Shown here: positions 9,263-17,693 of the stretch, piece after piece
How the letters are laid out: every line of letters starts with the position of its first letter
Position numbering within the stretch: position 1 is the stretch's first letter
Origin: an uncultured archaeon
GTDB lineage: Archaea > Aenigmatarchaeota > Aenigmatarchaeia > QMZP01 > JACQNV01
DNA: 64,000 nt
Reading direction: 5' to 3'
Assembly (NCBI GenBank): GCA_964410585.1
Contig: CAYPFW010000001.1
Coordinates: forward strand, 32,001-96,000
The notes under the pieces: generated by a model
Seen by the model: only the letters and a program-made list of their open reading frames with translations
Told to the model about the DNA's origin: nothing
Databases searched by the model: none
Translations under genes and position numbers: made by a program

Positions 9263-10216
9263 TTAGTTAAGGTCCCCTATAAGAAACGGTAAAGCTAAGC
9301 TTCTCATCACTTTTTGCATTGTTGATAGTTTTCTTTGTGGCAAATGCGGTCTTTGATTTTGGTCTAGGATATGTGATTTTCCTACCTCTCCATAAATCAA
9401 TATTTCTGGGGTTCTCCAAAGATCATCATTTTCAATAGTATGAACTCTATCTTGTCTGCCTCTGTGTATCATGTAATCTGATGGGTGATTATAATATGTG
9501 GCAATAAATCCAGCCATAAATTCCCTAAATTTTGAACCAGGGATTAACATTTTTAGATAATTAGCTATGCCTCTTACACGCTTATCATCTTCTGATCCAG
9601 TAGGACATGAAGCAGATCTAAAGACAGCTATCGCAGGATCTTCTAAACTAAACAACGTACCATCTCTTTCCAATAATGAGCTACTTAAACGGATGGGAAT
9701 TCCTTCGTATCCTGCCATTTGATTTCCAAAAGAAGCAAAAACAAAGTTATCAAGACCCATCTCTATTTCATACTCCAACATCTGTCTATTGCCATGAGGT
9801 AATAGTCTACCAGGTTTGATACCATCTCTTGCCCCATCAACATGCTTATAAGACGAAAGGTGAACCAATGGTAACGAATCAACAAGTTCTCTTGAGACAG
9901 AAATATTTCTTCCATATCCCCTTCTTGCTTTTCTGTTTCTTTCACGATATGATTGCATTTCTTGCATTGCTCTTTTAAAATTATCTAAATGGTCTTGATG
10001 AGAACCCAATACATTGGACAGATTGTCTAGAGCGTCTAATACACCAGGTGTTCTAGCAGGGGTATCCTGATCTGGTACCAGTTTTTCAATCGGCCTATAA
10101 TCTTCGGTTTGTGGATCATAAACACGAATTTTAGCGCCAGGCTGCATATATTGAAGAGTAGTTAATCTGCTGGTTGTTGGACTGTCTACACCATAATTAC
10201 ATGAATTATTTTCCAT
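9263..10216 (-). CDS. Hypothetical protein with a DarT/ART-like region
   Basis: LVHLS...GI...FVFASF...FS.ED.A...PEILI pattern. Confidence 0.5.
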   Translation of the reverse strand: MENNSCNYGVDSPTTSRLTTLQYMQPGAKIRVYDPQTEDYRPIEKLVPDQDTPARTPGVLDALDNLSNVLGSHQDHLDNFKRAMQEMQSYRERNRKARRGYGRNISVSRELVDSLPLVHLSSYKHVDGARDGIKPGRLLPHGNRQMLEYEIEMGLDNFVFASFGNQMAGYEGIPIRLSSSLLERDGTLFSLEDPAIAVFRSASCPTGSEDDKRVRGIANYLKMLIPGSKFREFMAGFIATYYNHPSDYMIHRGRQDRVHTIENDDLWRTPEILIYGEVGKSHILDQNQRPHLPQRKLSTMQKVMRSLALPFLIGDLN

Positions 10217-10353
10217 CTTAATCGATATTTTATTGTATTGGGGATTTATAAAGCTTTGATTTGTTACTACTTTATAGTGAATAATAAAACTTGGAAAGGT
10301 CTTTAGAAAATCTTTAAATATAAGTTATATACATAATATGTATATTACATGGG

Positions 10354-11748
10354 ATGTATATGAAATTCTATGACCGTGAAAACGAGCTGAAGATTTTGGA
10401 AAAGGCTGTTAAAGGAAAGGGGACAAGGGTAATTGTAATAAGGGGGTTGAGGAGGATAGGCAAAACAAGGCTTGTTCTGGAGAGCCTCAAAGGAGTTGAG
10501 CACATAAGGATTTTCATACCAAAGGACAAAACACCAGAAAGCTTTCTTGCAGATATTGCAAAAGAGCACAATATACCTGTTTTTACAAAGCTCAGGGATT
10601 TCCTCATGTATATTTTTGAAAAATATGAGTTTGTTTTTCTTGATGAATTCCAGAATTTTGAATATATGGATAAGTCTGTTTTCTCAGACCTTCAAGACCT
10701 GATAGACAGATATAAAACATCAGACAAGGGACTCTGCTTGCTTATTTCAGGGTCCAGCTACTCCATGATTAAAAAAATATTCTTTGATTATGCAAAAGCA
10801 TTGTACGGAAGGAAGGATTTTGAAATACCAGTTTTTGAGTTTGATTCCCCGACTGTTTCTACAATACTGAAAGATATTGGAATAAAAAATGTTGAAGACG
10901 CTGTAAAATTTTGGTCTATTTTCGGTGGTGTGCCAAAATTTTATGAGCTTCTTGAAAACATGCGGATAAAATCCTTCGGCGAGTTTGCCGAGATTTTCTA
11001 CATCCAGAACTTTAAGTCCCTCCTTGAAGAAGGTAAGTCAATATTAGTAAGCGAGCTGGGCGGCGACTATAAAACATATTTTACTGCAATGGATGCAATA
11101 GCGAACTCGAAAACAAAAATAAGCGAAATTGCGGTTTTTTTTGGCAACAACGTGAACAGTACAAACAGGTACCTTGATCTCCTGATAAAGGAATATGATC
11201 TTGTTAGAAGAAGCGTTCCTGTAATAGGCAGAGGCTCGAAGATTGGTACATACTTCAACAAGGCAAACTTCTTCGATTTTTGGTTCAACTTTGTCCACAA
11301 ATATCATGATGATTATGATCAAGGCAAGTTTGAAATCATAAACGAAAATTTTAAAGTCAATTTCAATTCCTATGTTGGAAGAAAGTTTGAGGGATTTGCA
11401 GAAGATTTCATAAAATCTGGATTGGTGCCTTTTAAGTTTACAGATATCGGAAGGCAATGGGGAAAAATTCCAAATGCACCAAAGGGCGAGAATGAATATG
11501 AAATAGATATTGTGGGGCTCAATGACCAGGCAAAAGAAATATTTTTTTGCGAATGCAAATGGTCTGATTTAAAGGAAAAAGAAGCCAGACAGATCTTGGA
11601 AGAACTGAAAGAAAAATCCAAATTTATGGAATGGGAAAGGAAAAAAGAATATTTTGGATTGGTTGGAAAGAAGATTTTAGGAAAAGAAGCTCTGAGAAAA
11701 GAGGGGTTTTTTGTTTTTGATTTAGAGGACTTTGAAAAATTGAAATAA
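10354..11748 (+). CDS. Archaeal AAA ATPase with DUF234/PD-(D/E)xK C-terminus
   Basis: FYDRENEL, GLRRIGKT, LDEFQ, GGVP and EIDIV...ECKW motifs. Confidence 0.9.
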   Translation: MYMKFYDRENELKILEKAVKGKGTRVIVIRGLRRIGKTRLVLESLKGVEHIRIFIPKDKTPESFLADIAKEHNIPVFTKLRDFLMYIFEKYEFVFLDEFQNFEYMDKSVFSDLQDLIDRYKTSDKGLCLLISGSSYSMIKKIFFDYAKALYGRKDFEIPVFEFDSPTVSTILKDIGIKNVEDAVKFWSIFGGVPKFYELLENMRIKSFGEFAEIFYIQNFKSLLEEGKSILVSELGGDYKTYFTAMDAIANSKTKISEIAVFFGNNVNSTNRYLDLLIKEYDLVRRSVPVIGRGSKIGTYFNKANFFDFWFNFVHKYHDDYDQGKFEIINENFKVNFNSYVGRKFEGFAEDFIKSGLVPFKFTDIGRQWGKIPNAPKGENEYEIDIVGLNDQAKEIFFCECKWSDLKEKEARQILEELKEKSKFMEWERKKEYFGLVGKKILGKEALRKEGFFVFDLEDFEKLK

Positions 11749-11808
11749 TTCAGTTTGAGTGTTTTGTAATAAGAAAGACGAATATAAAATCCAATTCTAA
11801 TTATCCCA

Positions 11809-12579
11809 ATGAAACTCTTATGTTTAGCCTGTCCACATGGCGATGACAAATTCTTGAAAATTCCTTTAGATGGAATAGATGCTGTTTTGATTGCAGGCGA
11901 TTTAGGAAAAGCAGACAAACTCAGGGCTCTCAGGATGAAATATCCAGATGCGCCTTCACTTTCTGAAAAAGTCACAAAAGAAGAGCTTGTTGAAATGACA
12001 GAAGAGCCAATAGAAAGCGCAGAAAAACTGCTAGCCTATTTTTCCAAAAAACCGACCTACTTTGTTTTTGGAAATGTCGAACAAACAAAAGAAGCAATTG
12101 AAAAGAAAAACAAAAAGTATGGGACAAAAATAGTTTCTTTGGAAGACAGGATCAAAAATCTAAATGTCCAGAATATAGAAAATAAAATTGCCAAAATCGG
12201 AAAATTAAAAATAGCTGGTCTCAGCTATTTTGTTGAAACCTCTTGGAACGAAAACTTCCTAGGAAAACCAAAACATAGAACCCAAGAAGAAAAAGAAGGA
12301 GAGGAAGCAGCCAAAAAATTCCTCTCAAATCTAGAAAAAGTCGATATTCTTCTAACCCATAACCCACCATACAACTACCTTGATTTGGTCGACAATCCAA
12401 TTGTCCCAAAATCCTGGAATGGGAAGCACGCAGGCTCTAAACTAGTCCTAGAATATATCAAGAAAAAGAAGCCGCGTGTTGTGATTTGTGGCCATATACA
12501 TGAAGGTAAAGATACAGCAATTGTTGGAGAAACAAAAATTGTGAATATTTCCCAAAGTTGGTTTGTTTTGAATATTTAG
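11809..12579 (+). CDS. Calcineurin-like metallophosphoesterase
   Basis: AGDLG, GNVE, THNPP and GHIHE motifs. Confidence 0.85.
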   Translation: MKLLCLACPHGDDKFLKIPLDGIDAVLIAGDLGKADKLRALRMKYPDAPSLSEKVTKEELVEMTEEPIESAEKLLAYFSKKPTYFVFGNVEQTKEAIEKKNKKYGTKIVSLEDRIKNLNVQNIENKIAKIGKLKIAGLSYFVETSWNENFLGKPKHRTQEEKEGEEAAKKFLSNLEKVDILLTHNPPYNYLDLVDNPIVPKSWNGKHAGSKLVLEYIKKKKPRVVICGHIHEGKDTAIVGETKIVNISQSWFVLNI

Positions 12580-12968
12580 AGGCTGAGAACTTCTTTCTCC
12601 GCTTCTTCAAGTCCTACTAAAGATCTCTCAGTGACTTTCCCCCTTGTTGTTTTAACATTGAAAATTCTATACCATTTCTGCTCTAAAAAATCACATGTCA
12701 AGTCAGGCTCCCAAACAAGCCTTGTATCCGGTGTTATCAATTCTGTTTTGACAATAAGTAGAATTGGATGGCTCCCATGATCCATTGACCTTTCTGCAGC
12801 AAAACCCATTGCTATAAGTGGATCATTTTCCAAATAGATTCTCTTCCTATTTTCAGTAGTTTTCAAAATTTCTAGTGGTACGTGCTGATATCTACCAAAT
12901 GTCCTCAACTGCTCTCTGTAGTAGTGTTTAGTTGTTCCATGATAGATTAAAGGTGTTCTTGTTCTCAT
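12576..12968 (-). CDS. Small ART-fold-like (YHGT) hypothetical protein
   Basis: IYHGTT, IYL, A.GFA and P.LL.V pattern; ATG at 12968 lies outside the transposon end. Confidence 0.5.
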   Translation of the reverse strand: MRTRTPLIYHGTTKHYYREQLRTFGRYQHVPLEILKTTENRKRIYLENDPLIAMGFAAERSMDHGSHPILLIVKTELITPDTRLVWEPDLTCDFLEQKWYRIFNVKTTRGKVTERSLVGLEEAEKEVLSL

Positions 12969-13003
12969 GAGTAAATATAAGAACCAGCTTTGCACATAAA
13001 CCC

Positions 13004-13942
13004 CTAGAACTTAGGCTTTATGTTGAGCTCAAATATAGAATTCACAAGGACAGATAAATTGTGGCAAACAACCTTGAACAATAGTTCATTACGCTGCCCT
13101 GAAGGTGTCCTACACCTCACATATGGGAGGAATTTCCTTTTCATTGCAGAAAACACACTTTCAACATTGCTCCTTTGGTGGTAATGTTCCAAGAACAAAT
13201 CCTCATTTTCCAAGAACATGTTGACCATACGCCTCCATGCAATAGACCCCCTTGCTATTGGTCTTACATTTATTTTGGGCATGATATACGGCGTCCCGCC
13301 TACCATCTCTACTGCATTACAGTTTTCCCTGCTGATATAGCCCTTGTCAGCACATACATCGCCGACATAGAAATTTTTTCCAGTTTCGTCAACAAGCCCT
13401 TTGAAATATGGGGAATCATTGCAGTTCCCGTCAGTCGCTTTTGCTGCTGTTATTATATGTGTCAAATTCCCAGAAACAACATGAAGTTTTTTGTAGTCTG
13501 ATACCTGTTTTGTGTCCAGTCTGTCATTAACCCAGACTTTTTTGAATGTCCCAAAACCAGTGCTGTCAACACTAAAATTGATTTCGATTTCCTTCAACGG
13601 AATGGCGAGAGTTTTATACAACTGGTGGATATATGGTTCTATTGCAGGTGACCTCATATACATCAACATAGTGTTGAAGTGTACAGGCTCTGGTATGTAC
13701 CCCATCCTGTATGCAAAATGGATGTCAGGTATTGTCCTCCTTGAGCTGAAAAGGTTGAAGACTTTTATTGTGCAGCATTTTATCAGTGTGTCCATTCCAA
13801 CTGCTGGGCGTCCGTTTCCAGGATAAAAATAGGGGACTTGCATTGCATCAACTGCATCGCTCAATATTTTGAATGCAATCTGTTTCTCCGATGTCTGTGC
13901 CAGGTTATACATCGACCAGTCCCTTTTGATTTTAATTTTCAT
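13004..13942 (-). CDS. DDE transposase (IS4/IS5-like, DDE_Tnp_1 type)
   Basis: VDSTGF, ADKGY and YHQRSNVESVFSAMKRK motifs; stop codon 2 nt from the left TIR. Confidence 0.9.
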   Translation of the reverse strand: MKIKIKRDWSMYNLAQTSEKQIAFKILSDAVDAMQVPYFYPGNGRPAVGMDTLIKCCTIKVFNLFSSRRTIPDIHFAYRMGYIPEPVHFNTMLMYMRSPAIEPYIHQLYKTLAIPLKEIEINFSVDSTGFGTFKKVWVNDRLDTKQVSDYKKLHVVSGNLTHIITAAKATDGNCNDSPYFKGLVDETGKNFYVGDVCADKGYISRENCNAVEMVGGTPYIMPKINVRPIARGSIAWRRMVNMFLENEDLFLEHYHQRSNVESVFSAMKRKFLPYVRCRTPSGQRNELLFKVVCHNLSVLVNSIFELNIKPKF

Positions 13943-14109
13943 ATTGGATTGGGGACAGTATACCTCGCCCCCTCCCCACCACCTCCTTTAATGTTTGTAA
14001 TTTACATATGTATTTTAGAATCAAGGCTTTATAAAGATTTTTATTTTACATACAAAAAATTACAAATCTGTCGTAATCTTTATAAATAACATATGTTATA
14101 TATACAAAT

Positions 14110-14376
14110 ATGAAGAAAAAACATATACAATGGGAGGAACCTGTGAAGAAGAGGTCAATAGACACAAAATTGCCATATGATAAGGAAATTATAACAAAAA
14201 CAGCAACCATAGGGCAGGATGCCCGTGGAATATTTTTAGTCAGGTTTCCAAAAGAAATATCGGAGGATGCCCAAATATTACAAGGTGATCTGATTGAATA
14301 CACGGTAGAAAAACCGATACCCATAAAGGATAAAAATGAAATAAAAATTTCGTTTAAGCTGATAAGACGTGGTTAA
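14110..14376 (+). CDS. AbrB/MazE-like DNA-binding protein (transposon cargo)
   Basis: IGQDARGIFLVRFPKEISEDAQILQGDLIEY swapped-hairpin pattern. Confidence 0.65.
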   Translation: MKKKHIQWEEPVKKRSIDTKLPYDKEIITKTATIGQDARGIFLVRFPKEISEDAQILQGDLIEYTVEKPIPIKDKNEIKISFKLIRRG

Positions 14377-14590
14377 AATGGTAATAGATATTCTCAAATT
14401 CAATTCCAGGGAATTAGCAGTCATTAACGTTATGAGAAGGACTCAAAGACCATTAACAACAAATCAAATTGCTGAAAAATCTGGTATGGTGTGGCAAACT
14501 GCAGATAAAGCGCTCAAAAAATTATTTGATAGAGGCTATGTTAAAAGAGGAAGAACAGTGGGCGGTGTGACATATTGGGCGTTGGTGTAA
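14369..14590 (+). CDS. Winged-helix DNA-binding protein (transposon cargo)
   Basis: LTTNQIAEKSGMVWQTADKALKKLFDRGYV. Confidence 0.75.
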   Translation: MVKMVIDILKFNSRELAVINVMRRTQRPLTTNQIAEKSGMVWQTADKALKKLFDRGYVKRGRTVGGVTYWALV

Positions 14591-14596
14591 TTGAAT

Positions 14597-15124
14597 TTAT
14601 CTCCTAAGCATAAGTGCACCAAAAAATACAATAATTATAGTTACAATACAAGCGAAAATAATTCTCTGTATTAATTTCCACCAACAAACAACACACTTCC
14701 CGTTTTTTCTTAAGTGAGCCTTACAAACTATTAAATTACATTTTTTGCAGTTTGCAGAACAATTCTTGCATACAAGATCACATCCACTTTTTATACATTT
14801 TCCTTTTGAGCACGTCTTGCAAAGAAGGTTTTGGCAAATTACACATTTGCTTCCACATTCCTTACCATTGCTACAAAAATCCCTTTTACAAAAATAGCAT
14901 TTTTCAGCATGATTATCACAAAGAAGTTGTTTACATTCAGAACAGGATCCACGAGTACACGAACTACAAATAAAATCAGAGTTGCAGGATTTGCATGTTC
15001 CTTTTATTTTTGTAGCATGTACAGATTTACCACACTTATCACAAACAACAAGTTCATCAGTAACCCTCGATCTCGGTCTTTTTCCAGTTTTAGCTGGGTC
15101 GTCATGATCTTCTTTTTTCCCCAT
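14597..15124 (-). CDS. Multi-CxxC protein with C-terminal membrane anchor (transposon cargo)
   Basis: More than ten CxxC/CxxH motifs followed by a hydrophobic C-terminal helix. Confidence 0.7.
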   Translation of the reverse strand: MGKKEDHDDPAKTGKRPRSRVTDELVVCDKCGKSVHATKIKGTCKSCNSDFICSSCTRGSCSECKQLLCDNHAEKCYFCKRDFCSNGKECGSKCVICQNLLCKTCSKGKCIKSGCDLVCKNCSANCKKCNLIVCKAHLRKNGKCVVCWWKLIQRIIFACIVTIIIVFFGALMLRR

Positions 15125-15214
15125 AATAAGAAGAAATTAACATATTTAACATATAAACTTTTGTATCAAACATTTGGATCCTAGTTTACAACCTATTGGT
15201 ACAAACGTTTATAC

Positions 15215-15418
15215 ATGAGCAAGTACGATAAGGATGTGCTAGAGATACTCTCCAAAGACAAGATAAAATCAACAAACCAAGTGCTAAACGAACTCCAAAA
15301 CAAGGTTAACAAGACTATCAATTGGCACCTGCTTTATCGTGCTCTTTCTGAACTGGAGAGAAAAGGTAAGATAGAAAGGTTGGAAGCTGATGCTGGATTT
15401 TTCTGGAAGAAGAGGTAG
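15215..15418 (+). CDS. Small winged-helix protein (transposon cargo)
   Basis: STNQVLNEL...INWHLLYRALSELERKGKIE. Confidence 0.7.
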   Translation: MSKYDKDVLEILSKDKIKSTNQVLNELQNKVNKTINWHLLYRALSELERKGKIERLEADAGFFWKKR

Positions 15419-15423
15419 CAGAT

Positions 15424-15528
15424 CTATTTTGCTAGAGTTGCTAAAAGAGCAGGAAGTATGTAAGCTATAAAAATATACAAAAGTACTATGGATCCAATTG
15501 CTCCTACAATAATTTCTGATATTTTCAT
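15424..15528 (-). CDS. 34-aa hydrophobic peptide (transposon cargo)
   Basis: MKISEIIVGAIGSIVLLYIFIAYILPALLATLAK; starts 2 nt after the NYN stop; below the ORF-track cutoff. Confidence 0.55.
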   Translation of the reverse strand: MKISEIIVGAIGSIVLLYIFIAYILPALLATLAK

Positions 15529-15530
15529 AT

Positions 15531-16073
15531 TTATTTGAGGATACACTGTTCTAGAAAATCACCATTTATTTCATGTAGCTCGTCTATAACATCTAGCAAT
15601 TGAATGTGAACAGTTCCAGGATGATAATAAAGATGAATTATGGTTCCTGTATCTCGGGCTCTCTGTATAGCTGGAACAAAATCTGAGTCGCCTGCTATTA
15701 GTATAGCATGATCTATTTGCCTCTCAAAACACATATCAACGATATCCAACGACATAAGAACATCAACCATTTTTTGTTTAAATTCGCCACCTATACACTG
15801 GAGACGACCTAATTTAACCTCAAATCTAGGAAGTCTTTTAATTTTGGTTAGAAAGCTCTGCATTTTTGACCGTCTTTCGGCATTCTCCACATCACCTTCC
15901 TTTGTATACGGCAAACAGTGATAATAATAAGTTCTTAATCTGGTAGTGTTTGTATCGTCTGCTATTTTATTGCACAATTTTAGTAGATCTATATTTGGAG
16001 ATCTAAAATTAGATTTTAGAATCCTGTTTAAATATCCCCCATCGATAAAAATAGCACACTTTTCTAATGACAT
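15531..16073 (-). CDS. NYN-domain (PIN-like, LabA/DUF88) nuclease (transposon cargo)
   Basis: IFIDGGY, QKMVDV and GDSDFVPAI motifs; start reassigned to ATG 16073. Confidence 0.9.
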   Translation of the reverse strand: MSLEKCAIFIDGGYLNRILKSNFRSPNIDLLKLCNKIADDTNTTRLRTYYYHCLPYTKEGDVENAERRSKMQSFLTKIKRLPRFEVKLGRLQCIGGEFKQKMVDVLMSLDIVDMCFERQIDHAILIAGDSDFVPAIQRARDTGTIIHLYYHPGTVHIQLLDVIDELHEINGDFLEQCILK

Positions 16074-16318
16074 ATTATTCCTATCGCTCGTGGATTTCTC
16101 CAGAACGATAGGGAAGATTATGTTTACTATTTGATTTAAGGGATATATAAACATTCATTAAATGTAAAAGTAACTATTTCTAAATTAATACAGTTCTTGG
16201 TTTGTTAGTGAAGTTGGTTAGTTTTTGTGCAAAATTAAGTTTATGTGCAAAGCTATAAGAACCGCTAGCTTTATAAGCATAAAAGTTTAACTATCTTATA
16301 GTAAAAACACAGTCAAAT

Positions 16319-16579
16319 ATGCCATTTGTATACGAACTTGAAGTTGAAGTATTGGACGGCGGAAGAACACTAAAACCTAAAGGTAGGTTTTTCGAAGTAG
16401 AGGGCAGAAACTATCTTGCCCAAGACACAGGAAGAACAACAAATGTTTACCCACTTAATGGAGCAAGATTTAGCCCTACAAATGATAATAGGCTTTTCAT
16501 AGAACCTGGAACTTTTGAACCTTCCCATAAACCAACTTTGAACCGTTTAGTGAAAGAATTTGGGATGTCACCAGTATAG
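16319..16579 (+). CDS. Small hypothetical protein
   Basis: 86-aa ATG ORF outside the right TIR. Confidence 0.55.
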   Translation: MPFVYELEVEVLDGGRTLKPKGRFFEVEGRNYLAQDTGRTTNVYPLNGARFSPTNDNRLFIEPGTFEPSHKPTLNRLVKEFGMSPV

Positions 16580-16586
16580 GAGAAAT

Positions 16587-16754
16587 ATGAATTATACAAA
16601 AATTCGAGCATCTGAAATGTACGTAGATCCAAAAGCCGATTTAATGAGCCTATACAATTCAGGCGATATGCCAGAACATCCTGATTTTTTCCTAAGACAA
16701 GTTGGGCCAGAAAGAATATTACCACAAAATAGTTCAGATTGTCGGAGGATTTAA
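16587..16754 (+). CDS. Small hypothetical protein
   Basis: AGGAG SD then ATG at 16587. Confidence 0.45.
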   Translation: MNYTKIRASEMYVDPKADLMSLYNSGDMPEHPDFFLRQVGPERILPQNSSDCRRI

Positions 16755-17293
16755 GTGAGTGGATTTTTAAAATCTCTTATATATTCTCCAGAAGGAAGAA
16801 GGATCCTATACAGTTCGGGTGCATTTGTTTCTGGGTTTGTATAAACCTCTATTACTGTTTCTGCATCTATATCTTCTCCATCAGAATGCCAACCGTGTAG
16901 GACTATTTTTTTGCTTGCAAGAGCTGAAATATCCAAAACAAAACCTGTTTCCATTAGTTTTTGAACATCTTCCTGTGTTAAATCAGCTAACTCCCATGAT
17001 CCAGTAGAGGACACAGAGGATTTATATTCCCATTTATTGCCCAAAAAACCTTTTGTAAAAATTATCCTTATACTGTTAGATGCTCTTGTTCTCCATGAGT
17101 ATTTGACAATTTGTTCCTCAATATCAGGAACCACAGTTGTTCCGCTAATTGCTTCAATATTATTTGTAGGCTCCTTTTTTGTCTGGTCTTGTATTTGTTC
17201 GTCTGGCTCTTCTTGGTTTGTTGGTTCATTTGATGTGCAGCCACTAACTAAGATTAAACTGATTAACAAAACAGCTAAAGAAAAAATCTTCAT
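16751..17293 (-). CDS. Lipoprotein of unknown function
   Basis: LVSGC lipobox. Confidence 0.7.
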   Translation of the reverse strand: MKIFSLAVLLISLILVSGCTSNEPTNQEEPDEQIQDQTKKEPTNNIEAISGTTVVPDIEEQIVKYSWRTRASNSIRIIFTKGFLGNKWEYKSSVSSTGSWELADLTQEDVQKLMETGFVLDISALASKKIVLHGWHSDGEDIDAETVIEVYTNPETNAPELYRILLPSGEYIRDFKNPLT

Positions 17294-17315
17294 AAAAAGT
17301 TTTGGTTGAGCTTGC

Positions 17316-17582
17316 TTATATTTGTACTAAGTTAAAAAACAAAATCCAACTAACCAGCCAGAAAAATATGTAAACTATAATTCCATTTCCAATCCACCAT
17401 TTTTTGTCTTTTTGAATTTTCAAAACTTTTTTGAGGCCAAAAATCAGAGCAACCAAAACAACTATTGCTAATCCTAAAGATGTCCAAACTCCGGGTAGAA
17501 AAATAGACGCATATCCAATTATGATTCCAATTATAGTATGGACAAGTACTGAAGTCAATGACTGTTTTCTTTCTGTTTCCAT
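17316..17582 (-). CDS. Archaeal EMC6-like (DUF5379-type) membrane protein
   Basis: Three TMs; WWIGNGIIVYIFFWLVSWILFFN C-terminus. Confidence 0.7.
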   Translation of the reverse strand: METERKQSLTSVLVHTIIGIIIGYASIFLPGVWTSLGLAIVVLVALIFGLKKVLKIQKDKKWWIGNGIIVYIFFWLVSWILFFNLVQI

Positions 17583-17633
17583 AGTAGCCTTTTAGAGCTT
17601 CCGCGTCTGCAAAAGGCTACTGTACCCAAAACC
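17583..17633 (-). repeat. Intergenic element, family B
   Basis: GGTTTTGGGTACAGTAGCCTTTT-17 nt-AAAAGGCTACT. Confidence 0.75.
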
Positions 17634-17693
17634 TTTTGCATCACGATTACTATAATTAATTTGCCTATATAAAAACATCTTTCATAATAGACT

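Larger units (their letters stand above)
12986..16254. mobile_element. Cargo-carrying DDE transposon with 16-bp TIRs and 9-bp TSD
   Basis: TIRs AGCTTTGCACATAAAC (12986-13001) and GTTTATGTGCAAAGCT (16239-16254); direct repeat ATAAGAACC at 12977-12985 and 16255-16263. Confidence 0.93.
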
